Shown here piece after piece: positions 12,817 through 23,476 of a stretch of 64,000 nt of DNA (the first letter of the stretch is position 1; each line of letters starts with the position of its first letter). Location of the stretch: the NCBI GenBank assembly GCA_030141605.1, contig JAQGDQ010000015.1, forward strand, positions 496,001 through 560,000, in the 5' to 3' direction. The notes beneath the pieces were generated by a model. That model saw only the letters and a list, made by a program, of their open reading frames with translations, had not been told where the DNA came from and ran no database searches. The DNA comes from Tubiluchus corallicola (taxonomy: Eukaryota > Animalia > Priapulida). Position numbers and translations under genes: made by a program.

Positions 12817-14357
12817 ATGGCAAGGAAAAGTTGCACGCTTTGCAAAAGTGCAAAAAATCCAGTAAATAAAAATCAGCTATTTCTTGCAACGTGTGAAAGG
12901 TGCTTCAAAAAACATAGGCAAACGGCGAATATGACAAATGATGGACACGAGGCGGCAGAAATTGTGTTTCCGACTTCGTACTTGTTGGTGATACAGATGG
13001 CGAACGATATAAACAAATGCTAATTGCCTTGCAAATAAAAGCCAAGAATGACGAAAGAGAGAGTAAAAAGACAATTCAATGCTCGGAATCAAAACTAGCT
13101 GCCAGCTATAAAGAGCAGTCAACTCTCATCGAAAAGGTTCATAAATTATCAGCGGAACTCTCTGAAGTACAAAAAAGAAAACAAAATGTAAGCAACCATG
13201 CAAGTGATAGTTCCTCCAAAGTTTCCAGTCACACAGATGGAGCAAGTCAAACTTTGCTTGGGAATGGAGACACCTCCTCATCGAAACACGGGAATAACGA
13301 CCTTACATCGCAAGGCGAAACCTTGCTGGAAAAGGAAACTTGCAATGCAATAACTGTGAATCAAAGAAGGAAAAATGCAACCACTCAAACGCTAGTCCTG
13401 GGAGACTCAAGGACCGTATACTTAAATCCAAAGGACATCGGGCAAAACGTCCAGGTACACTCATACAAAGGCTTAACACTAGAAGAGTTAAGCACAAAAG
13501 TGTTAAACCACTATCCAGCTATGAAACTTGAAAACGTGATCATCGCTTGTGGCGTAAATGACATAAGACGGCTAGCGCAAAAATGCGACGAGGTTGGACA
13601 GCAAATCGACAAAGAATCAGCAGTTAGAGACATCATTACAATTGCAGACAATTGTGCAAAAAACATTGCAAGGAAATTAAAGCTGCAAACATTTTTATTT
13701 GCAATATACCGCTGACTTCAAAAAGTAAACATTTTAATGCGAAACCATGTAATGTATTTCTGACAAACGAGCTTATACGCTCTTTCAATGATAATCTAGT
13801 CTATTTAACTAACAAAGAGGGCTATTTATTGTGCAACATTCAAAGTCGTTTTTTAGCTGAAGGGTTAATGGCAAGAGACGGTTTACATTTAAGTCGTACT
13901 AGTGTATCAAAATTAGCAGAATGGCTGAACTTATGTTTACACAATGATCCTAAGCGTTGGTACATGAAAATAAAACGCAAGCCAGTGTCAAATACAAACC
14001 TACACCAACACAATTCTGCGATTTCGAGCCAAAATAACTAGTTTAGTTTACGTATTGGTTCATCTCACAATACCAGCTAGTCAGACACAGTTAAGAAACC
14101 TGGTCTTCTCCCAACGCCGGTAATTAAAGACCCACAGCGAACCTACTCCGTTTCGAACCGGAGAGAGCCATCTGAACGAAGCAGTTTGTGCTATGCAGAA
14201 TCGGCTAAAGCTCATTATCTTAATAAATTTTCTATAACACTGCGAAGCCAAACTGAACCGCTGCAGTTAACTCAGGAACCAGCTCTAAAATCCGAGATTG
14301 AAAACATACTAACCAAAGCCTTTAAAGAGCTTATCCCCAAGTTCATATGGGCCTAGT
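12817..14357 (+). pseudogene. LINE ORF1: CxxC..CxxC finger, coiled coil, SGNH/GDSL esterase (frameshifted)
   Basis: CTLC...CERC at the N-terminus; heptad-like EQSTLIEKVHKLSAELSEVQ; SGNH blocks LVLGDS, IIACGVND and DGLHLS spread over ORFs 12817, 13017 and 13652. Confidence 0.85.
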
Positions 14358-15330
14358 ATCGTTTAGCTTGTTGTTAGACATTACTGTAAACTCTAAAGCG
14401 GTCTGCGTCAACCTGTTATAAACTCGCTTTTTTACTATGCTGTTATGATTTTAATGATGACACTGAATAACAGAAATAATACTAAATCTTTAGCACTGTT
14501 GCTAGTGAATTTTTACATAATATGGCAAAATAGGCCAATCCGTCCTGATTCGTGTGAAGATTATAACGTAACAATTGTGTATACTAGTATTATAATAACA
14601 ATTATCTCACCCACGTTATTACATAATAGGAAATATTTATTTCTTATAGTACTGTGTTCTATACAAGCCCTTTTACTCGCAGCCGATATTAGTATCTTTA
14701 TGATCGTTCTAAAATTAATTTGCCGCGCACGTGTAACCTTTTACTGTGTAAGCCTGCTACTATGCTGCTGTATTACTGCAAAAAACTGCAAGTTAAAGTT
14801 CTTTTATTTGTGTTAATAGGTACATTTTGGAAACCATACGGATTTACTGCTTTTATCATAGTTGATGTTTTTAAAGCCAACCGTTTCTTTTCTAACATAT
14901 CTTATCATAAAATTACTAAATTTATTTGTGATTATGGTAGCAATTGTATTTTTAACGCCAAACACCAAACAGTTAAGTTCTTTTATTGTAACTATGCTTA
15001 CGTCTTAGTTATACTACGTACATTACTCCCACACTAAAACTGAAAACGATCTACGTAACAGTAATTTGTAATGTAATGTCTAAAGGTAATTCAAACAACT
15101 TTTTAATTGCTTTTCCAGTAAATACCGATAAAATAAGACACTCCGTGCAATTTATTTGAAAAAGATTTGTATCTATCTTAAAAGTTGTGTATCTCAGTGC
15201 TATAAGACAAATGCGTCAGGTCAACTTAAAATACGTAGCACTAAAAATATTCGAAAAATTACAGAATCCATCTAAATTTGAAAGCAGTCTACACTCATGT
15301 TCTGAACTAGCTTACATTTTAACCATAATT

Positions 15331-15375
15331 CGTTTCCTACTTATACTTGGTGGTATCGAAATTAACCCTGGACCC
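15331..15375 (+). other. 2A-like (StopGo) peptide RFLLILGGIEINPG|P
   Basis: Matches (D/G)(V/I)ExNPGP with an upstream leucine-rich helix and lies directly before the APE domain; has G in place of the canonical D. Confidence 0.8.
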
Positions 15376-18228
15376 ATTTTGCCAAATAATAATAATAATA
15401 ACAATAATAATAATAATACCAACAATAATAATACCAGCAATGAGCTAAAAAATTCATTATTACTTATAAAAAGAACATCAAATTTCTAAATATAAATATT
15501 CAAAGTCTCGTCAGTAAACACTCGCTGCTCAAAGACACAATTCACGCCACCGAAAATCTGCCTGTAGGCATAACAGAAATTTAGCTACATAAACAAATAC
15601 TTAGCAACACTATAGGTGCAGCATTGAGAACTATGTAATAGGAACCATATATAGACCACCCAATCTCAAACACAAAACATTTTTCAAATACTTTAGTGAA
15701 GAACTAGAACGCAGTGTTTTCGAAAATAAAAAAGTTCTTATAATGGGCGATTTCAACTTCGATACTTTAGCTACAAACACACTGCCATACAAAACATACA
15801 CAGAGCTCTTAAAACAATATAATGTCCACATACTTAATAACAATAAACCTACTCGAATTTCTAAAACATCAGCCACAGTAATCGACCATTTCATTTCGAA
15901 TAGTAACAATAATTTCGTAGCATATGATACTTTACCGTGTGATTATTCAGATCATCATTTACAATATTAGTAGATAAAATGACCTCACAGCATAACAATA
16001 ACCAAAATTCAGTCTGGCATTTAATGAGAGACTACGCCCAATACAACAAACATTCATACTTAATCGACTTAGCAAAAATGAACTGGACCTCCATATATAT
16101 GTCTGATAAAATAGATACACAAGCTTAATATTCTGATTAATAATGTCGAATGTGCATGCAGCATATAAAAACGTAAAACAAATCCCACAGCAAAGCAAAC
16201 TGAATAACGAAAGTACCTGGGCAACACCTGAACTTGACAAACTAAGAATAGCGAAAAATAGAATGTATAATATATGGGAAAAGAACAAAACTAAAAACAA
16301 TCTCAACAATTATAAAAAAAGAGAAATCAGTTTAATAATCTTAATAAATTCTTAAAAATAAACATATACAACAACAATGCAAAAACGCAAAAAATACTAA
16401 AGAAAAATGGGAAATTAGTAGCAATGTAATAAATAGTTGCCGTAACAAACTAACGCATATTGACGAAATTAAAATCAACAACACTGTTATTACAAAACCC
16501 AAGGATATTGCCAACGCGCTAAATGCAATATTCTTGAATCTTGGAAATTTTAAGGGAGTGGCTTCTCATATCAGCAATAATATAATTAACAAATCGACTA
16601 ACACAGTATTCTCATTCAAAAGCGTCACAGTAGGAGAAATTATGGACATGTTAAATAACCTAAATTCTAACAAAGGGAGTGGACCATCAGATACTCCTAT
16701 CAGAATTCTATAAGATAATGCATCTGTAATAGCCCCGCATATGACTTACATTGCTAATCAGATAATGAGAGGCGAATTTCCAACTGTATGTAAAATGGCA
16801 AACGTGACTCCAATTCATAAAAAAAGATTAAAAATGTGACCCCATGACCCCAATTTCCGTAACCCATTGTGTTGGCAAAGTTTGGGAAAGGATTATTTAT
16901 GATCAGATAAAGTCATACGTAAATAAACACCAACTTTTATTAAAACGTCAGTTTGGCTTCCGTAAACACCATTCAACCATTGACGCCCTAATACAGAAAA
17001 TTGGAGACATAGCTTAGACAACAAGCAATACATTTTAGCGGCATTTTTGGGTTTAAGTAAAGCATTCGATAGGATTAATCATGAACTACTTTTCGATAAC
17101 TTAAAACAAATCGGATTTGATTCTATATGGTTAAAACTGATAGAAAATTATCTCAAAGATAAACAACAACCAGTAAAGTTAGATACAGCCAGCTTTTCTG
17201 ACTGGGCCACGTTAAACAGAGGTATACCGCAAGGAACACTACTAGGTCCGTTATTATTTTGCCTATATATATACAACATATCCAGTGTATTACAACAGTC
17301 GCAAATTACGGAATACTCTGATGACACTACAGTCTACATAGCCCATGAAAATATCTAAACTGCAAAAAATTATTTAGAAAAAGATACAAAAATATAAATA
17401 TGGCATTTAGTCATTACAAGCTAAAAATGAATAATGATAAAACAGAATTCATGATACTGTCACCCTCATTAAATACTAATGATGCGTCATCAACCACTTT
17501 GACAATAGATAATGCTGTAATCAAACAAACTATAATGTTAAATTTCTGGGCATACAGGTAGGCAATAATCTTTCATGGAATGAACACTTTAATAACATAT
17601 TCACAAAAATGGCATCTAGCACATCATATCTCCGACAAGTTAAAGGGCAACTAACAAAAGAAACTAAGACGCTAATATACAAAACTTAATTCTACCACAC
17701 TTCTTATATGGATGTACGCTACTTCAAAAAATCAAAAGAGAAAATTACTTAAAATTAAATCTCCTTCAAAACTATGCGTTGAGATTGATAGCTGGGTACT
17801 CATACAAACGTAAGGCAGGTAGACAAAAATTCAAAGCTTCAACAACTAACCTGAGAAAAACTTTAAAATTCCCAATCATTGAAGCACACAAAGAATATTT
17901 TACTCTGCTTTTTATATTTAAATACATTAACAACATCAGCAAACCATTCCAAAATAACAGATTTACCTTTTTTCCAAATCCTATCGTTAATTCCAGAACA
18001 AGTAATCTAAAACAAATTAGGACAAATACCCACTATGGAACGAACTCTGTAATCAAGCAAGCAATTCTACTTTGGAATTCTCTATCATTACAGGTTAAAC
18101 AAATCAAGTCTTTATCAGCATTTAAAACAAAATTAAAATTATTAATATTAACCAGATATGAAATACCATCACACCAGCACGACAACATACACATCAATTC
18201 AGAATTTATATATCCACGGCCATATTAA
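15373..18228 (+). pseudogene. LINE ORF2: apurinic-like endonuclease + reverse transcriptase (multiple stops and frameshifts)
   Basis: LNINIQSL, GITE, GTIYRPP, MGDFN, PTRISKTSATVIDHF, SDH; ANVTPIHKK, RQFGFR, LSKAFD, GIPQGTLLGPLLF, YSDDT, LLWNSL. Confidence 0.92.
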
Positions 18229-18424
18229 TTAAATCATAATTTTTTAATTTTTTGGGAATAGTTGTAAATACGTTTTATTTTATTCGTCTACACTTTCCGT
18301 TACTGCACAGTAGTTTAGATTGCACTGACGCATTTGCCTTTAGCAGTGTAAGTTTTTATTAAACTAACACTGATGGATTGATCATCTCTGTAAAGTTTTT
18401 ATTCAGTGATTATATATATATATA

Positions 18425-18567
18425 GAATAAAAACTTTACAGAGATGATATATCAGTGTTAGTTTAATAAAAACTTACACTGCTAAAGGCACATGCGTCAG
18501 TGCAATCTAAACTACTGTGCAGTAACGGAAAGTGTAGACGAATAAAATAAAACGTATTTACAACTAT
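18425..18567 (-). mobile_element. 5'-truncated inverted copy of the LINE 3'UTR, embedded in (TA)n
   Basis: Reverse complement of 18258-18404 with one substitution and one small indel; (TA)n on both sides (18411-18424 and 18565-18583). Confidence 0.93.
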
Positions 18568-18583
18568 ATATATATATATATAT

Positions 18584-18776
18584 CAAGCACTAATACCTGG
18601 AAAGAAGCCAAGAGGAGTACTACTGATCACGTGTTTGGATGTTTTGAAGGAAGTTTTATTAGATGCTCCACTTGACTTAAACAACGTAGATACTTGGTAT
18701 GTGGCAGCAGACCGGGGAACATGGCAACAAATTATGAGTGGTGCGGTGTTGCATAAAGCAAGCACCTAAGATGATG
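18584..18776 (+). mobile_element. RTE-type LINE, C-terminal part (continuation of 11520-12637)
   Basis: QALIPGKKPRG...AADRGTWQQI...* (stop at 18767-18769) is in frame with ...FTTALY ending at 12637; a short GATGATG tail follows. Confidence 0.85.
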
Positions 18777-20107
18777 GTAAATCTAGTCATTGAGTAAGTT
18801 ATCTAATAATGTCGCTCTGGTTCTATCATACTTTATGCATTCGAATAAGTAAAGGTAAGAACTTTTTATAAAATTACTACTTTTGTGACGTTGCAATTGA
18901 AAAAACTGGCTAAAAACTTGTTGCACGAACAACAACGAAAACGAGACTGATATCACGGCGAAATAAACCATTTTACAAAGTTATTTCGCAAGCGAGCAAC
19001 CCAAAAATAAAAAAACAGTATATCAATTTCTAAAAAATTGAGAGCATTCAGGCAACCCTACATTGACACAGATAATAATTGGGAGTACCTCTTCTATCAC
19101 AGGGCTTTATAGCATGAGATTAATCATATTTGCTAGTTAAAACTGGAATTTATTAAAGTTTATGTAGGCAAATTTGGGTTTTCACACTTAAATTAACTTT
19201 AGATGATAATTATAGTAACTTCCAGTAAGCCTTTCTTATTTTGACTCTCGTATTTTATGTTTCCCACTTAAATTACTATGATTTCTTGACTTTCTTAAGC
19301 CAACGAAAGACCACTTGTGATGAATCAACCCTAGAAATCTACCGATGACTATTTAGAGTAATGTGGCAAACGTGCGATAATAATGATGATGTACGGCGCT
19401 GAGCAAGCACTGAAATCCACCCGCAAACGACGCACCGTTTCCTGTGTGGTTTAAACTTGGCTTCCTACCGTGACGGATGTACTGATGAATTAAAAGTAAA
19501 AGCTTTGCACAGATATAGCTTACCTTCCGCTAGACTGTGCGGTGTCTCTTTAAGCATTAGCTAAACATTATATTGTAACTGATTACTTCCGGGTGGGAAA
19601 ACGAAAACGCATTGACAAAAGCTTCCTGTGGCAGCAGTAATTTGAGAATTAGGCCTGCGCTGTTAAATTAGCTAAGCAAGAATGAACCATGTTTTTTGGA
19701 AGAAAGTTTTAATCTTTTTGTAGTTTGCAAGATGGTCATGTAACGCGTGCTGGATGGGAAAAAGATAATTTGGGTACGTTTCCTGAATGTAATATTTCCT
19801 TTAGTTTACTTAATAGAAACGAGCAATAACTTTGCTCTTCCAAGAAAATCTGTTACAAGTAACCATGCAGATCTATAATGATTCATGTAAATAATTTGTG
19901 ACTAATCGAACTAAAAAAATAGCGTTTATATAAAGTGAATTTTCGATAGAACGGCGCTCTTGGCAAAATTATATTCTGGGAAATAATAATTTTCTGAAAC
20001 GAGGTTTCTAGAAACTTATTTTTTAGCTCAGAATCTGTAAAAAAACTTGCTTGGATGTAGGTTCATGTCTGAGAATTGTTCATGGGAAACCAATTTTTTT
20101 CGCTAGG

Positions 20108-20125
20108 GAGAGAAAAAGACAGAAG

Positions 20126-20161
<36 letters not shown>

Positions 20162-20190
20162 AAGAAAGAGAGAGAGGAAAGGAGGAAAGG
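20108..20190. repeat. (GA)n / purine-rich microsatellite
   Basis: Directly visible. Confidence 0.95.
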
Positions 20191-20777
20191 ATGAGTATGC
20201 GTGAGAATGCAAGACTTTGTCACGCAGCAGAATTGCAATGATGCTATTATAATAAATTACAATGATAGTGTCTTCTTAGTATCCCTTGTTCCATTTTCTC
20301 ATAATCTGATAATATTATGGAAACGTTTCAGGAGAAAAACAAGCGATAATAATATCGATTGTAGTATACCCACTACGTGCACAAGAATTGTTCAAAAGGG
20401 TGCAAACCAATTTAAAATTCTGACTAGATAGGCTGGCTTAAATTTGATTAAGCGCTCGTCTTTATACACACAGGGGTTGTGTAGGCTTACGAACAAATTG
20501 ACTTTCCGCTCTGGATACAGAAAAAGAAAAAAGATGACGGCAAGAAATCCACCACAGAATGATACTTACATAATTCAAGAGCTTCCACTAGAATATCTAA
20601 CTATACTATATGCACAACATTGGTGTTTGTGCATCATTGTGAATGGTGGCCCTTATTGTTTCGCAGAATAGCTGCATTAATCTACCTAACATGGCTGATC
20701 GAGATTTGTATAAAATTTGCACATGTGAGCGAAGCTTTGCTAGCACATAGTGAGAGAGGCTCGCAAGTAACATTATG

Positions 20778-20830
20778 ACACACACACACGCACGCACACA
20801 CGCACGCACGCACACACACACACACACACA
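20778..20830. repeat. (CA)n/(CACG)n microsatellite
   Basis: Directly visible. Confidence 0.95.
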
Positions 20831-22872
20831 TCACAAATTCCAAGTGAGTCCTACAAATTCTTCAACGAGCATCAAAAGCTAATTAGCGTCGCAAATTTTT
20901 TATTTTACTAATTAACGTAAAAGCTAATTGGCCCCAGGTAAACGTCGCATGTTTTTGTCCCACTAATTAACACATACAGTGACGTATAGAGTGAATGCTT
21001 AACACTTTTTCATTCTTAACATTGGTTAGGGGTCTTGCTTGACACCATTCTTGATGTTAATTTCATTGCACTTTGTTTCCAAGTTTTTACTTTATTTTAA
21101 GGAAGTTGTGAAATTGTTCATATGAATAATGATTTACTGAATATCTCATCTTAATTATCATTGTTTTACTAAAAATTATCTTTATTTTACTAAATGAAAT
21201 TAACTAACAAATAACTATTTTTTACCGTAAATCGCTCTTTCAAATTGATTATAAAGTTTTTTATTTTATGATAAGGAAATTACGATGCGAATTATTGTGA
21301 ATATTGCTATATATATTATTTTTAATGCACTGTAAGCTACTGTAAAAGCCATTTTGTAACCGACATTAATTTAATTTGTCTTATTTTTTCTGTGTTGCCT
21401 GTATTTTCAGCCCTGATGCTAATTAATGCTTTCCAACACTCCTTGACGCTAATTTGTAGGACTGTTCCAAATATTCTGCCGCTTTTGCAGAGAGGGCGAA
21501 TATACAGCAGCTTACATGGAATCCCACCAATTTTCAATAACTGTAGGAAGATTTCACGTAGTGCTTACTCTTTAATTTACACGAGTGAAAAGTTTTCCGT
21601 ATGTCACAACGAAACTGAACGCGCAAGCAAAAACGTTGTGCGCTAGCATAACGTCAGGTGAGAGGGAATCTGGCATACCTGCCGTTCAAGCGTGCGAGCC
21701 ACTGAGGCCCTCGCGGTTCTCTGCTTCTCTCTCTCTCTCTCCCTTTTTTCCTCTTTCTTCCTCTTGCCCACCTTTTCCTGTATTGCTAGCTGGCGAATCG
21801 TGTAGATGGTTGATTCACATGAACATGTAAACTTACAAACACATTCGAAAAATGACGAGGAAGACTTGTTGGTGTAGCTCATTTTCAGCCATGAAAACGT
21901 TTTTGCGGTTAACGAAATTTAAAGATTGGCTTTATAACATTTATTTATTTTATTTTATTAATGACTAGCTATGCGCTGATTTGGGTTCATAATTTAAATG
22001 CCATCGTTAAAATAAAGTTTTCGAGTTTTCATGTAATTAAATGCTTCTGATAGCGTGATGAACTGAATCAGCTAGATTGCACGAAAGTCGTAAAAGGTGG
22101 CGCCCCCCTGGCCGGAAATTGCGCAAGGTTTCATGATTCACTTGGCCATGCAGCATGCAACTAATAAAACTCTCATAAGCCTCCATTGCAATTCAACGTG
22201 CAAACGCTGCAACTTACACGTTTGCAATTTCCAGATTTTGCATGAATTGAGCACAGTGGAGAAATATTCAGTGTCCGTCGGTAATGGCTCTTGTCTATTT
22301 AAACACTATAGACCAAGATAATGTGTAATACATCAACCAGGGTAAATGGGTAGGTAATGCAATTAAAACTGTGAGGTTTTCGATTAGATAGAAGTTACTA
22401 ACATAATCACATTCTGGTCTCTCCTATCCCCACGCTACACACTTTTCAATGAATAAACAAGTTCGCACATTGTGCCGCTTTTTAACAAACACAAGTAGCT
22501 GACGTGAACTAAAACATACCAGAATACTGTAGCCTAGTAAACTTATGGCGCCACTGTTTAATGTTTGTGAGCAAACTGTCTACAAGAACAAGAATAAGAA
22601 TAACGCAAACAAGTACTAGACATCCCATTCTAAGCTGTAATAAATAGGTTTTCGTTATCTGTAACTTGGTTAACTGGGTTAACTAAATCAGAGATTCAAG
22701 TTCAATAACCTAACAGGGATTCAAGAAACAGTGCTTAATTAACAGATTATGAAAAATTTTTTTCAGTAACATTTGAAAACCGACCTCGATAGACCTACAT
22801 AATATCCTTTATATAGACAATAATCTTTTTCTGCTATCCATTTTATTGTTTTTACACGCATTACTAGAACTG

Positions 22873-23340
22873 TTAGAGGTCATTCTCACGCGCAAGTTGC
22901 ATAATTTTTGCTGTAACCTGCTTTATAATACACGGGAGGGGGGTAAAATGTTCCAGCGTGACCAAATGATCAAATAAGTCTATTACAATTTGCTTGAAAA
23001 CATCAACAATTCGGTTGTCTCTTTCAAAAGTCAGATAATGTTCCGACCAACATCTCTTTGACACCACAGTCTGCCCCTGAAAATTCATAAAGGCCAGTAA
23101 GTCGTTTTGCTTTCTCATGTGTAAGAGTAAGAACTATGCATACAATGATTAGTGACGTCGATCCTCCCTTGAGTTTTCCCATTGTTACAAAATGGAGTTG
23201 TCCTTAAATAGATGTCTTGCCATTAAATCCATCAAAAATATGAATGAATCTATGTTACATCGACATCTCGCATTTCTCCATTCTTTTCAGCAGTATCAGT
23301 AACATGTTGTGGGATAAGGGCGTATCAGCTTGTTCATCAG
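22873..23340 (-). mobile_element. Decayed XPG/FEN-like nuclease fragment, probably from an AcademX-type DNA transposon
   Basis: Minus strand: DEQADT...MLLILL, then EKAKRLTGLYEFSGADCG [frameshift] VSKRCWSEHYLTFERDNRIVDVFKQI, resembling the HEEADT / DTDVLLIL / LxGFHxFxGxD motifs. Confidence 0.5.
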
Positions 23341-23371
23341 AACTATGGCTAATAAACTAGTTAACAGATCT

Positions 23372-23476
23372 GGAGCAGGTTTCACAAAACCGTCACTAAA
23401 TTAACGACGTCCTTATTACATTCCCTAAACTATTAATAACGACGTCGTTAACTTAGTAATGCATTTGTGAAACTGA
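23372..23476. mobile_element. Palindromic MITE (~105 bp), possibly PIF/Harbinger-derived
   Basis: Arm GTTTCACAAAACCGTCACTAAATTAACGACGTC (23379-23411) is an imperfect reverse complement of GACGTCGTTAACTTAGTAATGCATTTGTGAAAC (23441-23473). Confidence 0.75.

Larger units (their letters stand above)
12638..18424 (+). mobile_element. Full-length decayed CR1/L2-group non-LTR retrotransposon (5'UTR, esterase ORF1, 2A-EN-RT ORF2, 3'UTR, (TA)n tail)
   Basis: ORF1 and ORF2 motifs listed separately. The boundaries are fixed by in-frame rejoining of the host RTE at 12637/18584. The 5' end begins with (GTTGTCA) repeats and the 3' end runs into (TA)n. Confidence 0.92.
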
